This document shows, one piece after another, positions 38,323-53,533 of a stretch of 64,000 nucleotides of DNA. The first letter of the stretch is position 1, and each line of letters begins with the position of its first letter. The notes beneath the pieces are model-generated. The model had not been told where the DNA came from and did not search any database. It saw only the letters and a program-made list of their open reading frames with translations. A program made the translations under genes and the position numbers. Source of the DNA: Octopus vulgaris. Lineage: Eukaryota. Where the stretch lies: the NCBI GenBank assembly GCA_951406725.2, contig OX597814.1, positions 682,001-746,000 of the forward strand, in the 5' to 3' direction.

Positions 38323-39020
38323 CTATATATATATATATGCATGCTTGCACACACGTGCACTCACACATGCACACACATACACATGCCTGCATGCATACAG
38401 ACACACACACATAAATTCAAGCACTCACATACATATCAGTAAAAACATGTTTTATGCAGACACAGAGAAAGCAAGCAAAGAACTCTGGTTACTCTGAACC
38501 ATAAAGGAACAATACAGGACAAAGGGAACTGTTGGAGATTCTGTGTCCCAAGTAAGGTCACCATTTTAGGTGGATATGCTTGCAGAGCCATCTAAAGTGA
38601 CTCTACTCAGAAGGCTGTAATCTCATTTGACAGGAACACAGTATAAAGAAATACATGGAACAAGGTGGTAGCTTTAAATACCTTTAATGTGGCCACATGT
38701 ATATACACAAGCTGAATGATAAATGATGATGGTTTGATGTGTGGAAGCCCTGGTCTTCTCCTGTGTGTCAGCTCTTGTCTGCTAGCTGGCGTGTGATGTG
38801 AGAGAGAGAGAGACTAGATCATGTCTTTACGGTCTGACATCATGGTAAGAAAAGAGGAAGAGATGAGTCTCTGAAGCTTAATGTTGCGTAACGCCCTCTA
38901 TTGTCCAAGTAATTAGGCAGCCGCCATCATGCATCGTTTTGTCAATTTTATCGTCGGCTTAATTGTCATAGCCAGAGTGTGACAGTCCACCCAAGCGATG
39001 CTTTTATGGAGCAACGCTTT

Positions 39021-41751
39021 TGGGTCTACATGTGACATGTGTGCCCCCCACTGGTTCTGTTGCTGGGTCTACATGTGACATGTGTGCCCCCGACTTGTTC
39101 TGTTGCTGGGTCTACTTGTGACATGTGTGCCCCCCACTTGTTCTGTTGCTGGGTCTACTTGTGACATGTGTGCCCCCACTTGTTCTGTTGCTGGGTCTGC
39201 ATGTGACATGTGTGCCCCCACTTGTTCTGTTGCTGGGTCTACTTGTGACATGTGTGCCCCGACTGGTTCTGTTGCTGGGTCTACATGTGACATGTGTGCC
39301 CCCCACTGGTTCTGTTGCTGGGTCTACATGTGACATGTGTGCCCCCGACTTGTTCTGTTGCTGGTCTACTGTGACATGTGTGCCCCCCACTTGTTCTGTT
39401 GCTGGGTCTACTTGTGACATGTGTGCCCCCGACTGGTTCTGTTGCTGGGTCTACATGTGACATGTGTGCCCCCACTGGTTCTGTTGCTGGGTCTACTTGT
39501 GACATGTGTGCCCCCACTGGTTCTGTTTCTGGGTCTACTTGTGACATGTGTGCCCCCCACTGGTTCTGTTTCTGGGTCTACTTGTGACATGTGTGCCCCC
39601 CACTGGTTCTGTTGCTGGGTCTACTTGTGACATGTGTGCCCCCCACTGGTTCTGTTGCTAGGTCTGCATGTGACATGTGTGCCCCCCACTGGTTCTGTTG
39701 CTAGGTCTGCATGTGACATGTGTGCCCCCAATGGTTCTGTTGTTGGGTCTACATGTGACATGTGTGCCCCCACTGGTTCTGTTGCTGGGTCTACATGTGA
39801 CATGTGTGCCCCCACTGGTTCTGTTGCTGGGTCTACTTGTGACATGTGTGCCCCCCACTGGTTCTGTTGCTGGGTCTACATGTGACATGTGTGCCCCCAC
39901 TGGTTCTGTTGCTGGGTCTACATGTGACATGTGTGCCCCCCCACTGGTTCTGTTGCTGGGTCTACTTGTGACATGTGTGCCCCCCCCACTGGTTCTATTG
40001 CTGGGTCTACTTGTGACATGTGTGCCCCCCCACTGGTTCTATTGCTGGGTCTACTTGTGACATGTGTGCCCCCCACTGGTTCTGTTGCTGGGTCTACTTG
40101 TGACATGTGTGCCCCCCACTGGTTCTGTTGCTGGGTCTACATGTGACATGTGTGCCCCCGACTGGTTCTGTTTCTGGGTCTACTTGTGACATGTGTGCCC
40201 CCCACTGGTTCTGTTGCTGGGTCTACATGTGACATGTGTGCCCCCCACTGGTTCTGTTGCTGGGTCTACCTGTGACATGTGTGCCCCCCACTGGTTCTGT
40301 TGCTGGGTCTACATGTGACATGTGTGCCCCCCACTGGTTCTGTTGCTGGGTCTACATGTGACATGTGTGCCCCCCACTGGTTCTGTTGCTGGGTCTACAT
40401 GTGACATGTGTGCCCCCCACTGGTTCTGTTGCTGGGTCTACATGTGACATGTGTGCCCCCACTGGTTCTGTTGCTGGGTCTACATGTGACATGTGTGCCC
40501 CCCACTGGTTCCTTGCTGGGTCTACATGTGACATGTGTGCCCCCACTGGTTCTGTTGCTGGGTCTACATGTGACATGTGTGCCCCCCACTGGTTCTGTTG
40601 CTGGGTCTACTTGTGACATGTGTGCCCCCAACTGGTTCTGTTGCTGGGTCTACATGTGACATGTGTGCCCCCACTGGTTCTGTTTCTGGGTCTACTTGTG
40701 ACATGTGTGCCCCCCACTGGTTCTGTTGCTGGGTCTACATGTGACATGTGTGCCCCCCACTGGTTCTGTTGCTGGGTCTACCTGTGACATGTGTGCCCCC
40801 CACTGGTTCTGTTGCTGGGTCTACATGTGACATGTGTGCCCCCCACTGGTTCCGTTGCTGGGTCTACATGTGACATGTGTGCCCCCACTGGTTCTGTTGC
40901 TGGGTCTACATGTGACATGTGTGCCCCCACTGGTTCTGTTGCTGGGTCTACTTGTGACATGTGTGCCCCCCACTGGTTCTGTTGCTGGGTCTACATGTGA
41001 CATGTGTGCCCCCACTGGTTCTGTTGCTGGGTCTACATGTGTGCATGTGTGCCCCACTGGTTCTGTTGCTGGGTCTACATGTGACATGTGTGCCCCCACT
41101 GGTTCTGTTGCTGGGTCTACCTGTGACATGTGTGCCCCCCACTGGTTCTGTTGCTGGGTCTACATGTGACATGTGTGCCCCCCACTGGTTCTGTTGCTGG
41201 GTCTACATGTGACATGTGTGCCCCCCACTGGTTCTGTTGCTGGGTCTACATGTGACATGTGTGCCCCCCACTGGTTCTGTTGCTGGGTCTACATGTGACA
41301 TGTGTGCCCCCCACTGGTTCTGTTGCTGGGTCTACATGTGACATGTGTGCCCCCACTGGTTCTGTTGCTGGGTCTACATGTGACATGTGTCCCCACTGGT
41401 TCTGTTGCTGGGTCTACATGTGACATGTGTGCCCCCCACTGGTTCTGTTGCTGGGTCTACATGTGACATGTGTGCCCCCCACTGGTTCTGTTGCTGGGTC
41501 TACATGCGACATGTGTGCCCCCACTGGTTCTGTTGCTGGGTCTACATGTGACATGTGTGCCCCCCACTGGTTCTGTTGCTGGGTCTACATGTGACATGTG
41601 TGCCCCCACTGGTTCTGTTGCTGGGTCTACTTGTGACATGTGTGCCCCCCACTGGTTCTGTTGCTGGGTCTACATGTGACATGTGTGCCCCCCACTGGTT
41701 CTGTTGCTGGGTCTACTTGTGACATGTGTGCCCCCCACTGGTTCTGTAGCT
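39021..41751. repeat. 42-43-bp minisatellite, roughly 60-65 units
   Basis: Unit GGGTCTACATGTGACATGTGTGCCCCC(C)ACTGGTTCTGTTGCT; variation is mostly in C-run length and one A/T site. Confidence 0.98.
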
Positions 41752-42035
41752 GCTGAAGGATATTCATGCTTCGAACACGAACTCTACACTTCAACAGCGA
41801 ATGACTAGTATGGTTGCTGTGTCCGCACTATCCAACACGCTTGCTGACCCAGTGGGGCATTTGTCAAATCTGCAAGCTGGACATTTGGGCCACAGGCAGA
41901 AGCATTACTTGGCATGCTGGAACGTTTTGACCGACCGTCGGATGTGGTCAGCATTTGTGAGGGACGTGGTGAAACCCGTTCCTCAGAGCTGGCTCAGCCT
42001 ACCCTGACTGAATGGAGCTGCAGCTAAAAGTAAGA
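41752..42035 (+). mobile_element. RTE-like LINE 3' end remnant
   Basis: LTDRRMWSAFVRDVV resembles the RTE C-terminal DRxxW motif; ends AAAGTAAG. Confidence 0.5.
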
Positions 42036-42414
42036 ACAACATTGCTGAAAGTGGAGCAAGTCAACTTTCTTGTAATATAATCAACAACAAAAGACATTCA
42101 ATAAGAAGTTTTGTTTGAGAGAGAAATGTGAATAGCGAAGAGTTTAAAATTTATCCTTGGCATATCTAACCCCGTTTAGAAATACCAAGCTTTCAGTTAC
42201 CTTTGTAAAGCAATCATGCATAAAACCATTTTTCTTTTTAAAGCTGGGAAAAGACAAACCGACTCAGAAAGTACGTGAAAAGTGCATGTCATCGGCAGCA
42301 GCCACAATGAAGAGGTCAAATAAAGAGCATAAAGCATCAAGCATTGGTGTTAGGTCAAGTAAATAATGTGCACAAGCAATAAACAGAGCGGAACAGAGAA
42401 CAGTTGAATATTAT

Positions 42415-43065
42415 TCTTTTCTACTTTAGGCAAGAAATTTTGGGAGAGTGGGCCAGTCAATTAGATCGACCCCAGTATGCAACTGGTACTTAATTTATTG
42501 ACCCCGAAAGGATAAAAGGCAAAGTTGATCTTGGCAGAATTTGAACTCAGAACATAAAGACAGATGATAATACCAGTTTCTTTATTGCCCACAAGGGGCT
42601 AAACACAGAGAGGACAAACAAGGACAGACAAACGGATTAAGTTGATTACATCGACCCCAGTGCATAACTGGTACTTATTTAATCGACCCCAAAAGGATGA
42701 AAGGCAAAGTCGACCTCGGCGGAATTTGAACTCAGAACGTAGCGGCAGTCGAAATACCTATTTTTTTACTGCCCACAAGAGGCTAAACACAGAGAGGACA
42801 AACAAGGACAGACAAACGGATTAAGTTGATTACATCGACCCCAGTGCATAACTGGTACTTATTTAATCGACCCTGAAAGGATGAAAGGCAAAGTCGACCT
42901 CGGTGGAATTTGAACTCAGAATGTAACGGCAGTCGAAATACCGCTAACCATTCTGCCAGCTCGCTGCCTTAAAAAAAATAATAATCTTTTCTGCTCTAGG
43001 CACAAGGCTTGAAATTTTGGGAGAGGGAGTGGGCCAGTCGATTAGATCAACCCCAGTACGCAGCA
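42415..43065 (-). mobile_element. SINE family B multimer
   Basis: Three tandem core units on the minus strand; similar dimer at 44248-44645. Confidence 0.85.
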
Positions 43066-43683
43066 AAAGGGAAAGCATTTACTTCAAGAAATGTGTAGAA
43101 ACATAAAGATGATAAGAAGGCCGTTTGAATGACTAGCCTTCTGTTAGACCTTCAACGGCAGGAGAAAAGGTCAACTTATTCTCATTAATCTTTTAATTGC
43201 TGAAACAAATCAGAAGACTTAAAATATATATTTTAAAATGCTGATTTTTCTGCGACCAAAAATTCTTCAAGCTGGTACCCCAACATGGCTGCAGTCCAAT
43301 GACTGAAACAAGTAAAAAGATTTTTAGAAAATATAAAAAACCAAGGGAGTTATTAAAAAATTTCAAGAGATTTGGCTGTTATTTCTAGCATGTGGAGATA
43401 CCTTCTAGGCTTAACTTCATGCGGTGGTTGAGAATAATTTTTTTTAAATTCTGGGGTCGTTACATTCAACTGAAAATTCTTCAAGGTGGTGCCCCAACAT
43501 GGCCACACTCTAATAATTACAACAAGTAAAAAGGTGGGGTGGGGGAATTATGGGGGTCCATACATTCAACTAAAAATTCTTCAAGGCGGTACCCCAGCAT
43601 GGCCTCAGTCTAATGACTGAAACAAGTAAAAGGTGAAAAAAAAATCGGAAAATATAACCGTGAGCTTTTGTCCACTTTCACTA

Positions 43684-43750
43684 AGGGCCTTTTGTCCATG
43701 GGGATTTTTGTCCTAGGGTACTTTTATCCTAGGGGCTTTTGTCCTACACT
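43684..43750. repeat. Four GGG-TTTTGTCC-type subrepeats, possible DNA-transposon end
   Basis: Units of about 15-16 bp read directly. Confidence 0.45.
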
Positions 43751-45173
43751 CCTGTATATGTATATGGATATTTTTTCCCCTGTCGTGGACCACCACAGAT
43801 TTCCTTGGATTCTGTATTTTACTAAACACACACACACACCTTTATGAACCTACAACAGTCGTATCCCAGTCTTTTCGCTATCAATTCGAACTTTGCTCAG
43901 TGATATTTACAAGTGATTAATGCCAAATAGTGACTCTAAAAATCAGTTTTGGTATCAATGGGACAGTTTTATTCATTCGATTCTCATAGCTGTGTCAACA
44001 ACTTCACAGTCGCATGAATATTATTAACACAGTTTGGTGGTGACGTCATTAAAATGCAACGAATAGATTTTTTAATTTGGTGCCATTTGTTAACTCGTCA
44101 CTGACATTGTATAAAGACACACAAACAAATATTTATATATCTATTTGTACACACACTCGCATAATATATTTATTTATTTATACACACACACATACACATT
44201 TATTTTTACACTCATATATATTTACACACACACACACACACTTATATATTTCTTTATTGCCCACAAGGGGCTAAACACAGAAGGGACAAACAAGGACAGA
44301 CAAACGGATTAAGTCGATTACATCGACCCCAGTACGTAACTGGTACTTATTTTATCGACTCTGAAAAGATGAAAGGCAAAGTCGACCTCAGCGGAATTTG
44401 AACTCAGAATATAGTGGCAGATGAAATACCTATTTCTTTACTACCCACAATGGGCTAAACACAGATAGGACAAACAAGGACAGACAAAAGGATTAAGTTG
44501 ATTATATCGACCCCAGTGCGTAACTGGTACTTATTTAATCGACCCTGAAAGGATGAAAAGCAAAGTCGACCTCGGCGGAATTTGAACTCAGAACGTAGCG
44601 GCAGAAGAAATAGCACTAAACATTCCGATCCTGCCAGCTTGCCATCCTTTATAACTCGAATAATAACATTAACAATGTTCTAGTTTTTTAATTTGCTGTC
44701 GAAAATTCCATCATCACATTATGGTAAAATAGTCTTTTTATTCAGATAATATTTGTAAAAATCTTCTGAGATAATTTGCCTTAAAAATGGAAAAAGCTGC
44801 CCGATTCATTAACTGTAGTTATGAAATCTTATTAATGGGATGAAAACGATTTCAACAGGTACATACATTTGGAGTGAACCAATATTTAAAGAAAGCACTG
44901 AGTGGAAATAATTATTCTCACAGTAACATTTGGCAACAAGGCAGAAATGCTTAACGAACCGTTCAATAAACAATTCCCGAAGGCCCCATGATTTTCTGCT
45001 TCCGATGGACCAGGCAGATTAAATTAAAAAAGACCAGTCGCGGGTTTATAACTTGTTAATGTTGTCTGGTGTGAGGGGATAATTTGTTGAGTTGCAAAAT
45101 AAGAATATATTTCTCGGACCGCATGAAGAAGTAATTGACAACACCCACGAGAAGCTGCTTTTTATAGGATACA

Positions 45174-46358
45174 TCATCATCATCATCATCGTTTAACGTC
45201 TGCATTCCATGCTGGCATGGGTTGGATGATTTGACTGAGGACTGGCGAACCAGATGGCTGCACCAGGCTCCAATCTTGATCTGGCAGAGTTTCTACAGCT
45301 GGATGCCCTTCCTAATGCCAACCACTCCGAGAGTGTAGTGGGTGCTTTTTACGTGGCACCGGCACAGGGGCCAGTCAGGCAGTACTGGCAATGACCTCGC
45401 TCAAATCTTTTTACACATGCCACCAGCACAGGTGCCAGTAAGGCGACGCTGGTAACGATCATGCTTGAATGGTGTCTTTTAAGTGCCACTGACACGGAGG
45501 CCAGATAGCCGCTCTGGTAACGATCACACTCTGATGGTGCTCTTAGCACCCAATTAGCACGGGGCACAGGTGCCAGTAAGGTGAAGCTGGTAACGATCAC
45601 GCTCGAATGGTGCCTTTTAAGAGCCACTGGCACGGAAGCCAGTTAGCCGCTGGTGCTCTGAGCACGCTACTAGCACGGGGCCTGGAAAATTGAATCATGC
45701 AACGGCTTCACATTGATTATCTGCTTAATGGACTGATCACATAAAACTATTGCGGTTTGCTTGTGGTGTCTGACCAGTAATCTTGCAGTTCAGTTTCGAA
45801 TCCCCGTTACAGACGTTTCTTTGCTCCAAGAGAGTCAGAATCATAAACAATCAATGGCTTTAGTTTAAAGTCTCCGTCGGCATTTGTTCCTAACCACAAT
45901 GAGTGACGATCCTTGAATTTTATTACAACCTGATGCCTTGCTTTCCTCTTTCGAAACAAAAATTTTACTGCTCACAGGACAGCTCGCTGTGCTAGCCTTG
46001 GATCATTGAGTGATCTGCCGTTCTTGAGGAGACCTATTGAGTCAAGTACGTCAACATCAAAATAAAAATCAAATGGAAATTGTAGTTAAGACACCCGTGC
46101 TGGTGACACGTAAAAGCACCAACCAATTGTGGCTATTTGCCAGCCAGCTCTGGCACCTGTGCCGGTGGCACGTAAAAAAACACCCACTACACTCACAGAG
46201 TGGTTGGCGTTAGAAGGGCATCAAGCTGTAGAAACACTGCCAGATCAGACTGGAGCCTGGTGCAGCCTCCGTGGCTTACTAGACCCCGGTCGAACCGTCC
46301 AACCCATGCCAGCATGGAAAACGGACGTTAAACAATGATGATGATGATGATGATGATG
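45174..46358. mobile_element. Two retroposon family C copies (45174-45680 minus; 46030-46358 plus)
   Basis: Family C consensus with (CAT)n / (GAT)n tails. Confidence 0.8.
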
Positions 46359-46539
46359 AACTGCTTCTCAAATGGTCCACATTTGTTTACCTTAAAATAT
46401 AGCCTTTTGCTACCAAGCCTTTTCGTTATCACACCCTTCTTCAATTGTATTGGACATTTTCATGCAGCCTTGATGTTGATTCTTGTTTGTTCCTCTGATA
46501 TCCGAAGGCTGTGGAAATTAGGGGGTTTCTTTTTTTCCT

Positions 46540-46895
46540 TTCTATTTGTTTCAGTCATTTGACTGAGGCCATGCTGGAGCACCGCCTTAAGTCGAGCAAA
46601 TCGACCCCAGGACTTATTCTTTGTAAGCCTAGTACTTATTCTATTGGTCTCTCTCGCCGAACCGCTAAGTGACAGGGGTGTAAACACACCAGCATCGGTT
46701 GTCAAGCGATGTTAGGGGAGACAAACACACACACATACAAATATATATACGATGGGCTTCTTTTCAGTTTCCGTCTACCAAATCCACTCACAAAGCTTTG
46801 GTCAGCCCAAGGCTATGGTAGAAGACACCTGCCCAAGGTGCCACGCAGTGGGACTGAACCCGGAACCATGTGGTTGGGAAGCAAACTTCTTACTT
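46540..46895 (-). mobile_element. SINE family A
   Basis: Near-consensus reverse copy. Confidence 0.9.
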
Positions 46896-47509
46896 TAAAA
46901 GTGTTCTGTGATTTTGTGCGGAAACTTTTGTTTTTTCCAAATCACTCATTACACTTTTCACAGTTGACAAAGCATGACATCGTTATTCTTCCTCCTCTTC
47001 TCCTTCTTCTTCCTCCTCCTCTTCTCCTTCTTCTTCCTCCTCCTCTTCTCCTTCTTCTTCCTCCTCCTCTTCTCCTTCTTCTTCCTCCACCTCTTCTCCT
47101 TCTTCCTCCTCCCTCTCCCCCCTTTTATCAGCTTTTAGATTACTATCAAACGAGATTGGGTTACACGTATGTAGTATGGCTGAACAACAACAGTCGTGAA
47201 TAATTATTTTATTAATTACTGTACTTTAAGAATAATTATTGCAAACTAAGAAATTAAAAAACACAATTGGGATTCCTTTTATTCTTTTATTTGTTTCAGT
47301 CAGTTGACCACGGCCATGCTGGAGCACCATCTTTAGTCGAATGAATCGACCCCCCCACCCGGTCTTATTCTTTGTAAGCCTAGTATTTATCCTATCGGTC
47401 TCTTTTGGCAAACCACTAAGTTACGGGGATGTAAACACACCAGTATCGGTTGTCAAGCGATGTTGGGGGAACAAACATATACATACACACACACAAACAT
47501 ATACATACA

Positions 47510-47558
<49 letters not shown>

Positions 47559-48009
47559 TACGGAGATGTACTTGCATAGCAAGTGACTTGATCTGAGATC
47601 GTGTGCTGGAACGAAAACAATTGCAGAGTGGAAGGTGTTTGTAAGCCATTTAAGAAACACACAAAAACCGTTCGATTCACTTCACCATTTAAATTTAATT
47701 TGTCAAAATATTTTCATTGCTTTCAGACCGCGACCTGTTCACTGACAAAGCTTCATGCTGCATATATATATATATATATATATGTATTTGTGTGTCTGTG
47801 CTCATCCCCGCCACCATCACTTGACAACTGATGTTGGTGTGTTTACATCCTCCATAACTGGGTGGTTTGGTAAAAGAGACCAATAGAATAAGCTCTGGGG
47901 TTGATTTGTTTGACTGAAGGTGATGCTCCAGCATGGCCGCAGTCAAATGACTGAAACAAGTAAGATCAAATAAAGAGTAAAAGAAAGGATAGACACACAC
48001 ACACACATC

Positions 48010-48893
<884 letters not shown>

Positions 48894-49113
48894 CAGGAAG
48901 CTTTATGAAAATAGACAAAAGACGAAGGCAGGTTTACGGAAATAAACAAAAGACGAAGGCAGGTGGAATACAAACAAACAATTGTATTAGTATGGCGCTC
49001 AGGAAATATAAATAAAACAAGTCTTTAACGTTTCAACCCTACGCTCTTCAACAGAAAGATACACAGAGAAAAAAAACACAGAAAGAAGGAGAGAAAAAAA
49101 TATGCGTGCAGAT

Positions 49114-49396
49114 GAGGCACAATGTCCCAGTGGTTAGGGCAGCGGACTCGCGGTCGGAGGATCGCGGTTTCGATTCCCAGACCGGGCGTTGTGTGTGTTT
49201 ATTGAGCAAAAACACCTAAAAGCTCCACGAGGCTCTGGCAGGGGGTGGTGGTCCCTGCTGTACACTTTCACCACTTTTTCTCTCACTCTTTCTTCTGTTG
49301 GCCTGCTCGCTTAGGTGGCGTCGTTCGAAGGCTAAAACAATGCGAACGCATTGTGACCAGCGATGTGTAGCAACATCTGATGATCTGGTTGGTCAC
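49114..49396 (+). mobile_element. SINE family E
   Basis: Same tRNA-like head as 20234 but a different 3' tail. Confidence 0.85.
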
Positions 49397-49409
49397 AAAA
49401 AAAAAAAAA

Positions 49410-49454
<45 letters not shown>

Positions 49455-49793
49455 TAGATACACACACACACTTGTTGCACAGATAATTGTGTCAGTATAT
49501 AAATATTCATTTACATCATTATACAGAGACACTAATTATGTAAATATTAATTTAACACACACCAGCACTAATATATACCTAAATGGAATATACAAGATAG
49601 CAGGAAAGCTAATCACATGTTAACGCATGCACCATGCTGTTATCTGAGTGTGTGTCTGTGTGTGTGAGGGAGGGAGAAAGAGAGAGACAGACAGACAGAA
49701 AGGGAGGGAGACAGGGAGACAAGGAGACAGCCAGAAGAATAACCAGAGAGAGTTGTATGTATGTGTGTATGTATGTATGTGTGTATGTATGTA

Positions 49794-49825
<32 letters not shown>

Positions 49826-50494
49826 CTTACTTGGAAATGGATGGGTGGCATTGAATTAAACAATAATTATGAGTAACATATATATATAGATGCATATACA
49901 GGTCCAGATGCAGGTGGAGCTATAAGTCCTGGCTGCCCTTTTGCCATCTGTCCAGTGGTCCTCTGTGCTCCAGCTGTTACCTTCCCTTAACTGTTAGGTC
50001 AATCAGTCAGCTAAGTTTTAGTCAAAGTCCTTTCATTCTTGTCTATTGACCTCATCAATGAAATGTCCTCTCTACACCAGGTCAGCTTCAGGTCTCTCTA
50101 TCTATCTTTTTTAATAAGCCTTATTGATTGACTGATTAACCTAATGAACAATTGGTTCAATAATCAGTTAACCAATTCTCAAATAAATAATAAAGAAGTG
50201 AAATAGAACCAGTGCAGGTATTTGTTATTGGCATGATGACCCTCCTAAGATACAATAAAATTAATAGATTACTTGTGTATAAATCAATACTGATGCAAAG
50301 TAATGCAGAATTTGCAGACAAATATCAAGCTGACAGTGCAGGTGTGGCTGTGGTAAGAAACTTGCTTCCCAACCACATGGTTCCAGGTTCAATCACACTG
50401 CATGGCACCTTGTACAAGTGTCTTCTACTACAACTTTAGGCTGACCAAATCCTTGTGAATGGATTTGGCAGATGGAAACTGAAAAAAGCCCATC

Positions 50495-50543
<49 letters not shown>

Positions 50544-53298
50544 CATACAAACATACATACATACATATAATACAAATAAGAAAATGGAGAAACAAATTTG
50601 GTTTGTTCATCAACTTACGGATATTATAATGTTGGATTATTTATTCATTTTACAAATGAGGACATCAAAAGCATACAAAAATATTATAGAAATCAATAGA
50701 TAAGATAATAATACAAATACAGATTTTAAAAGTCATATTATAAATTAATGAAGTCCTAAAAATTACTTCTTACAGCTGTTTCAGCCTGTGGTCAAAAGTG
50801 AATCTAATTTTCATTGCCTATAGATGTCAACATACTAAGGTTGTGGGTTACACCCATAACCCGTATCTTACTTTGTACTATATACACACACATATATATG
50901 TGTGTGTGTGTGTATGTGTGTGTGTGTGTATGTTATGTATATGTGTGTCTGTGTTTGTCCCCCTACCATCGCTTGACAACTGGTGTTGTTGTGTTTACAT
51001 CCCTATAACTTAGCAGTTTGGCAAAAGAAACTGAGAGAATAAGTACTAGGCTTATAAAAAGTACTATGGTTCATTCGTTCGACTAAAACCTGTCCAAGGT
51101 GGTGATGCCTCAACATGGTCACAGTCTAACGACTAAAGCAAGTATGCTTATGGGAACATTCTCATAAGAATACCCAACCATGTCAGGACATAATAAACAT
51201 ATCAAGAAGCTTTCTTCCCAACCACATGGTTCTGGGTTCAGTCCCACTGTGTGGCACCTTGGGCAAGTTTCTTCTACTATAGCCTTGGGATGACCAAAGT
51301 CTTGTGAGTGGATTTGGTAGACGGAAACTGAAAGAAGCCCATCGTATGTATGTATATGTAACATATGTGGTATAATTATAAACAAGACAAATTTTAGCCA
51401 TTTCTCCGCAGACTGAGGAAAATGACGAACAACCTTAATCGATTTTCGAACCATTTTGGGTTTCTCGTCAGAGGCATCTTCATCATTCTGACAGCCTCCA
51501 GAGAAGCCAGCAGCCAAACTGTTTCCATACTCAACAGTGAAATTGGAATACATCATGAGTGAGAGAACTATTAAGATGCACCGTCTCAGGCATCCACTGA
51601 AGAGCTTTGGTCAGCACTTGAAAGAGAAGAAGAAGAAGAAAAACCCTGCCGTACACCTGTGCAGCATCCTTCTTAAGGTTCACGACTTTGAGGAAGAGTG
51701 GTTAAGATAGGAGACAATGGAAGGAGAGAATGGAAGGAGAGAGAGACCTTGTAATTGGAGACGCAAGGTTACAAAATAGGGACCAACTCAGGGACCAACT
51801 CACTGGGTTCCGGTGCTAAGACAGACAAAGACAGCACTGATGATTCCAAGGACAAAGACCTTGACCATTGCAAATCTTTGTTGAATCCACCTGAATCAAC
51901 TCTGAAAGGCAGGGAAAATTCAGTACCAGCAGCAAGTATGGGGGTCCCTTATAAGGCATACAATTACTGTCCAAGGACTCTGTATGCTCTGAAGAATATG
52001 TGTGTGCATGTGTGTGTGTGTGTGTTTGGTAGAACAAAGAGAAGAAATATAACTTAATGCACGAGTCATCATCATCATCATCATCATCATCGTTTAACGT
52101 CCGTTTTCCATGCTGGCATGGGTTGGACAGTTTGACTGAGGTCTGGGAAGCCGGGAGGCTGCACCAGGCTCCAATCTGATCTGGCAAAGTTTCTACAGCT
52201 GGATGCCCTTCCTAACGCCAACCAATCCGAGATTGTAGTGGGTGCTTTTACATGCCACCAACCCAAGGGTCAGTCAGGCAGTTCTGGCAATGACCTCGCT
52301 CAAATGGTGTTTTTATGTGCCACCTGCACGGGAGCCAGTCTGGTGGCACTGGCAACGACCACGTTCAAATGTTGCTTTACATGTGCCACCAGCACATGTG
52401 CCAGTAAAGCAATGCCGGCAACCATATATATATATATATAAAATTAACAAAATGAGGTAAAAATCGAAGGCTGTGCCGCCAATGGCTTAACTGGCCAAAA
52501 CTTCGAAGTCACTCTCAACAATGTTCTTGTTTAAGAATAATAAATTTGTTCTCTACAAAATTAAGGACCGACTATTGTTTTTATGCAACTAAACCAAACA
52601 ATAACACACAACAGAAAATGACAAGAGAGACCGAGTTTCACAAGTGCCATGAGTGAATGTCTTGGCTCTTAAGACACTTCTGTAACTTCCTGTAGATTAA
52701 GAATTTAAAAACAAACCAAGTTGTATTCATATTTAAGAAGTGCTTTGAAACAGAAATTTTTTACTTAAAAATTATCTAAAACAATCTTTAAGAACTCCAA
52801 TTAGCACAAACCAGATGGAAGATATGAAGGAGATGTGTGTGTGTGTGTGTAAGTTCTTTCACAGTCTTTAGTTTTTCAAAGACATGGTATAAACCAAATT
52901 TTTCTATATTGCTAGCTGTCAGATAGTTTTTGGTCTTCTCTAGCATTTGTCATCATCATCATCATCATCATCATCATTCATTTAATGTCCATTGTCCATA
53001 CTGGCATGGGTTGGATGATTCGACTGGGTTGGCATGCTGGAAGGCTGCACCAGACCCCAGTCTGAATTGGTATGGTTTTCTACGGCTGGATGCCCTTCCT
53101 AATGCCAAACACTCTGAGAGTGTAATGGGTGCTTTTATGTGCCACTGGCATGGGTGCCATTTGTGTGACACAGGTGCTTTTACGTGCCACCGATATGGGT
53201 GCCATTTGCGTGAAACCAGTATGTGCCACAACTGCGATTTTTCTTGGCTTGATGGGTCTTCTTCTCAAGCACAACATAATGCCAAAGGTTTCAGTCAT

Positions 53299-53533
53299 TG
53301 CCTCTGTGAGGTCTAACACTCAAAGGGAGCTCAGCCACTTTCCCTCCATGAGGCCCAACACTTGAAAGGAACTCAGACACCTCGCCTCCTTGAGGCCCTT
53401 TGCTTCAATGGAACTCAACCATTTTGCCTCCATGAGTCCTGACACTTGAAAGGAACTCAACCACTTTGTCTCCATGAGGCCCAATGCTCAAAAGGAACTC
53501 ATCTACTTTGCCTCTGTGAGGCCCAGTGTTCAA
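53299..53533. repeat. Diverged 42-bp tandem repeat, about 5.5 units
   Basis: GCCTCCATGAGGCCCAACACTTGAAAGGAACTCAGCCACTTT-like units at the distal end of a family C copy (52950-53300). Confidence 0.85.

Noticed and set aside
39021-41751. CRISPR array, repetitive protein exon, or p53 response-element array
   Set aside because: No unique spacers; 42/43-bp units constantly shift frame; CWWG cores are 7 nt apart rather than the 10 needed for p53
51390-51556. Possible hAT transposase fragment or exon (KPKMVRKSIKVVRHF) on the minus strand
   Set aside because: Similarity is too short to support and there are no clear splice sites
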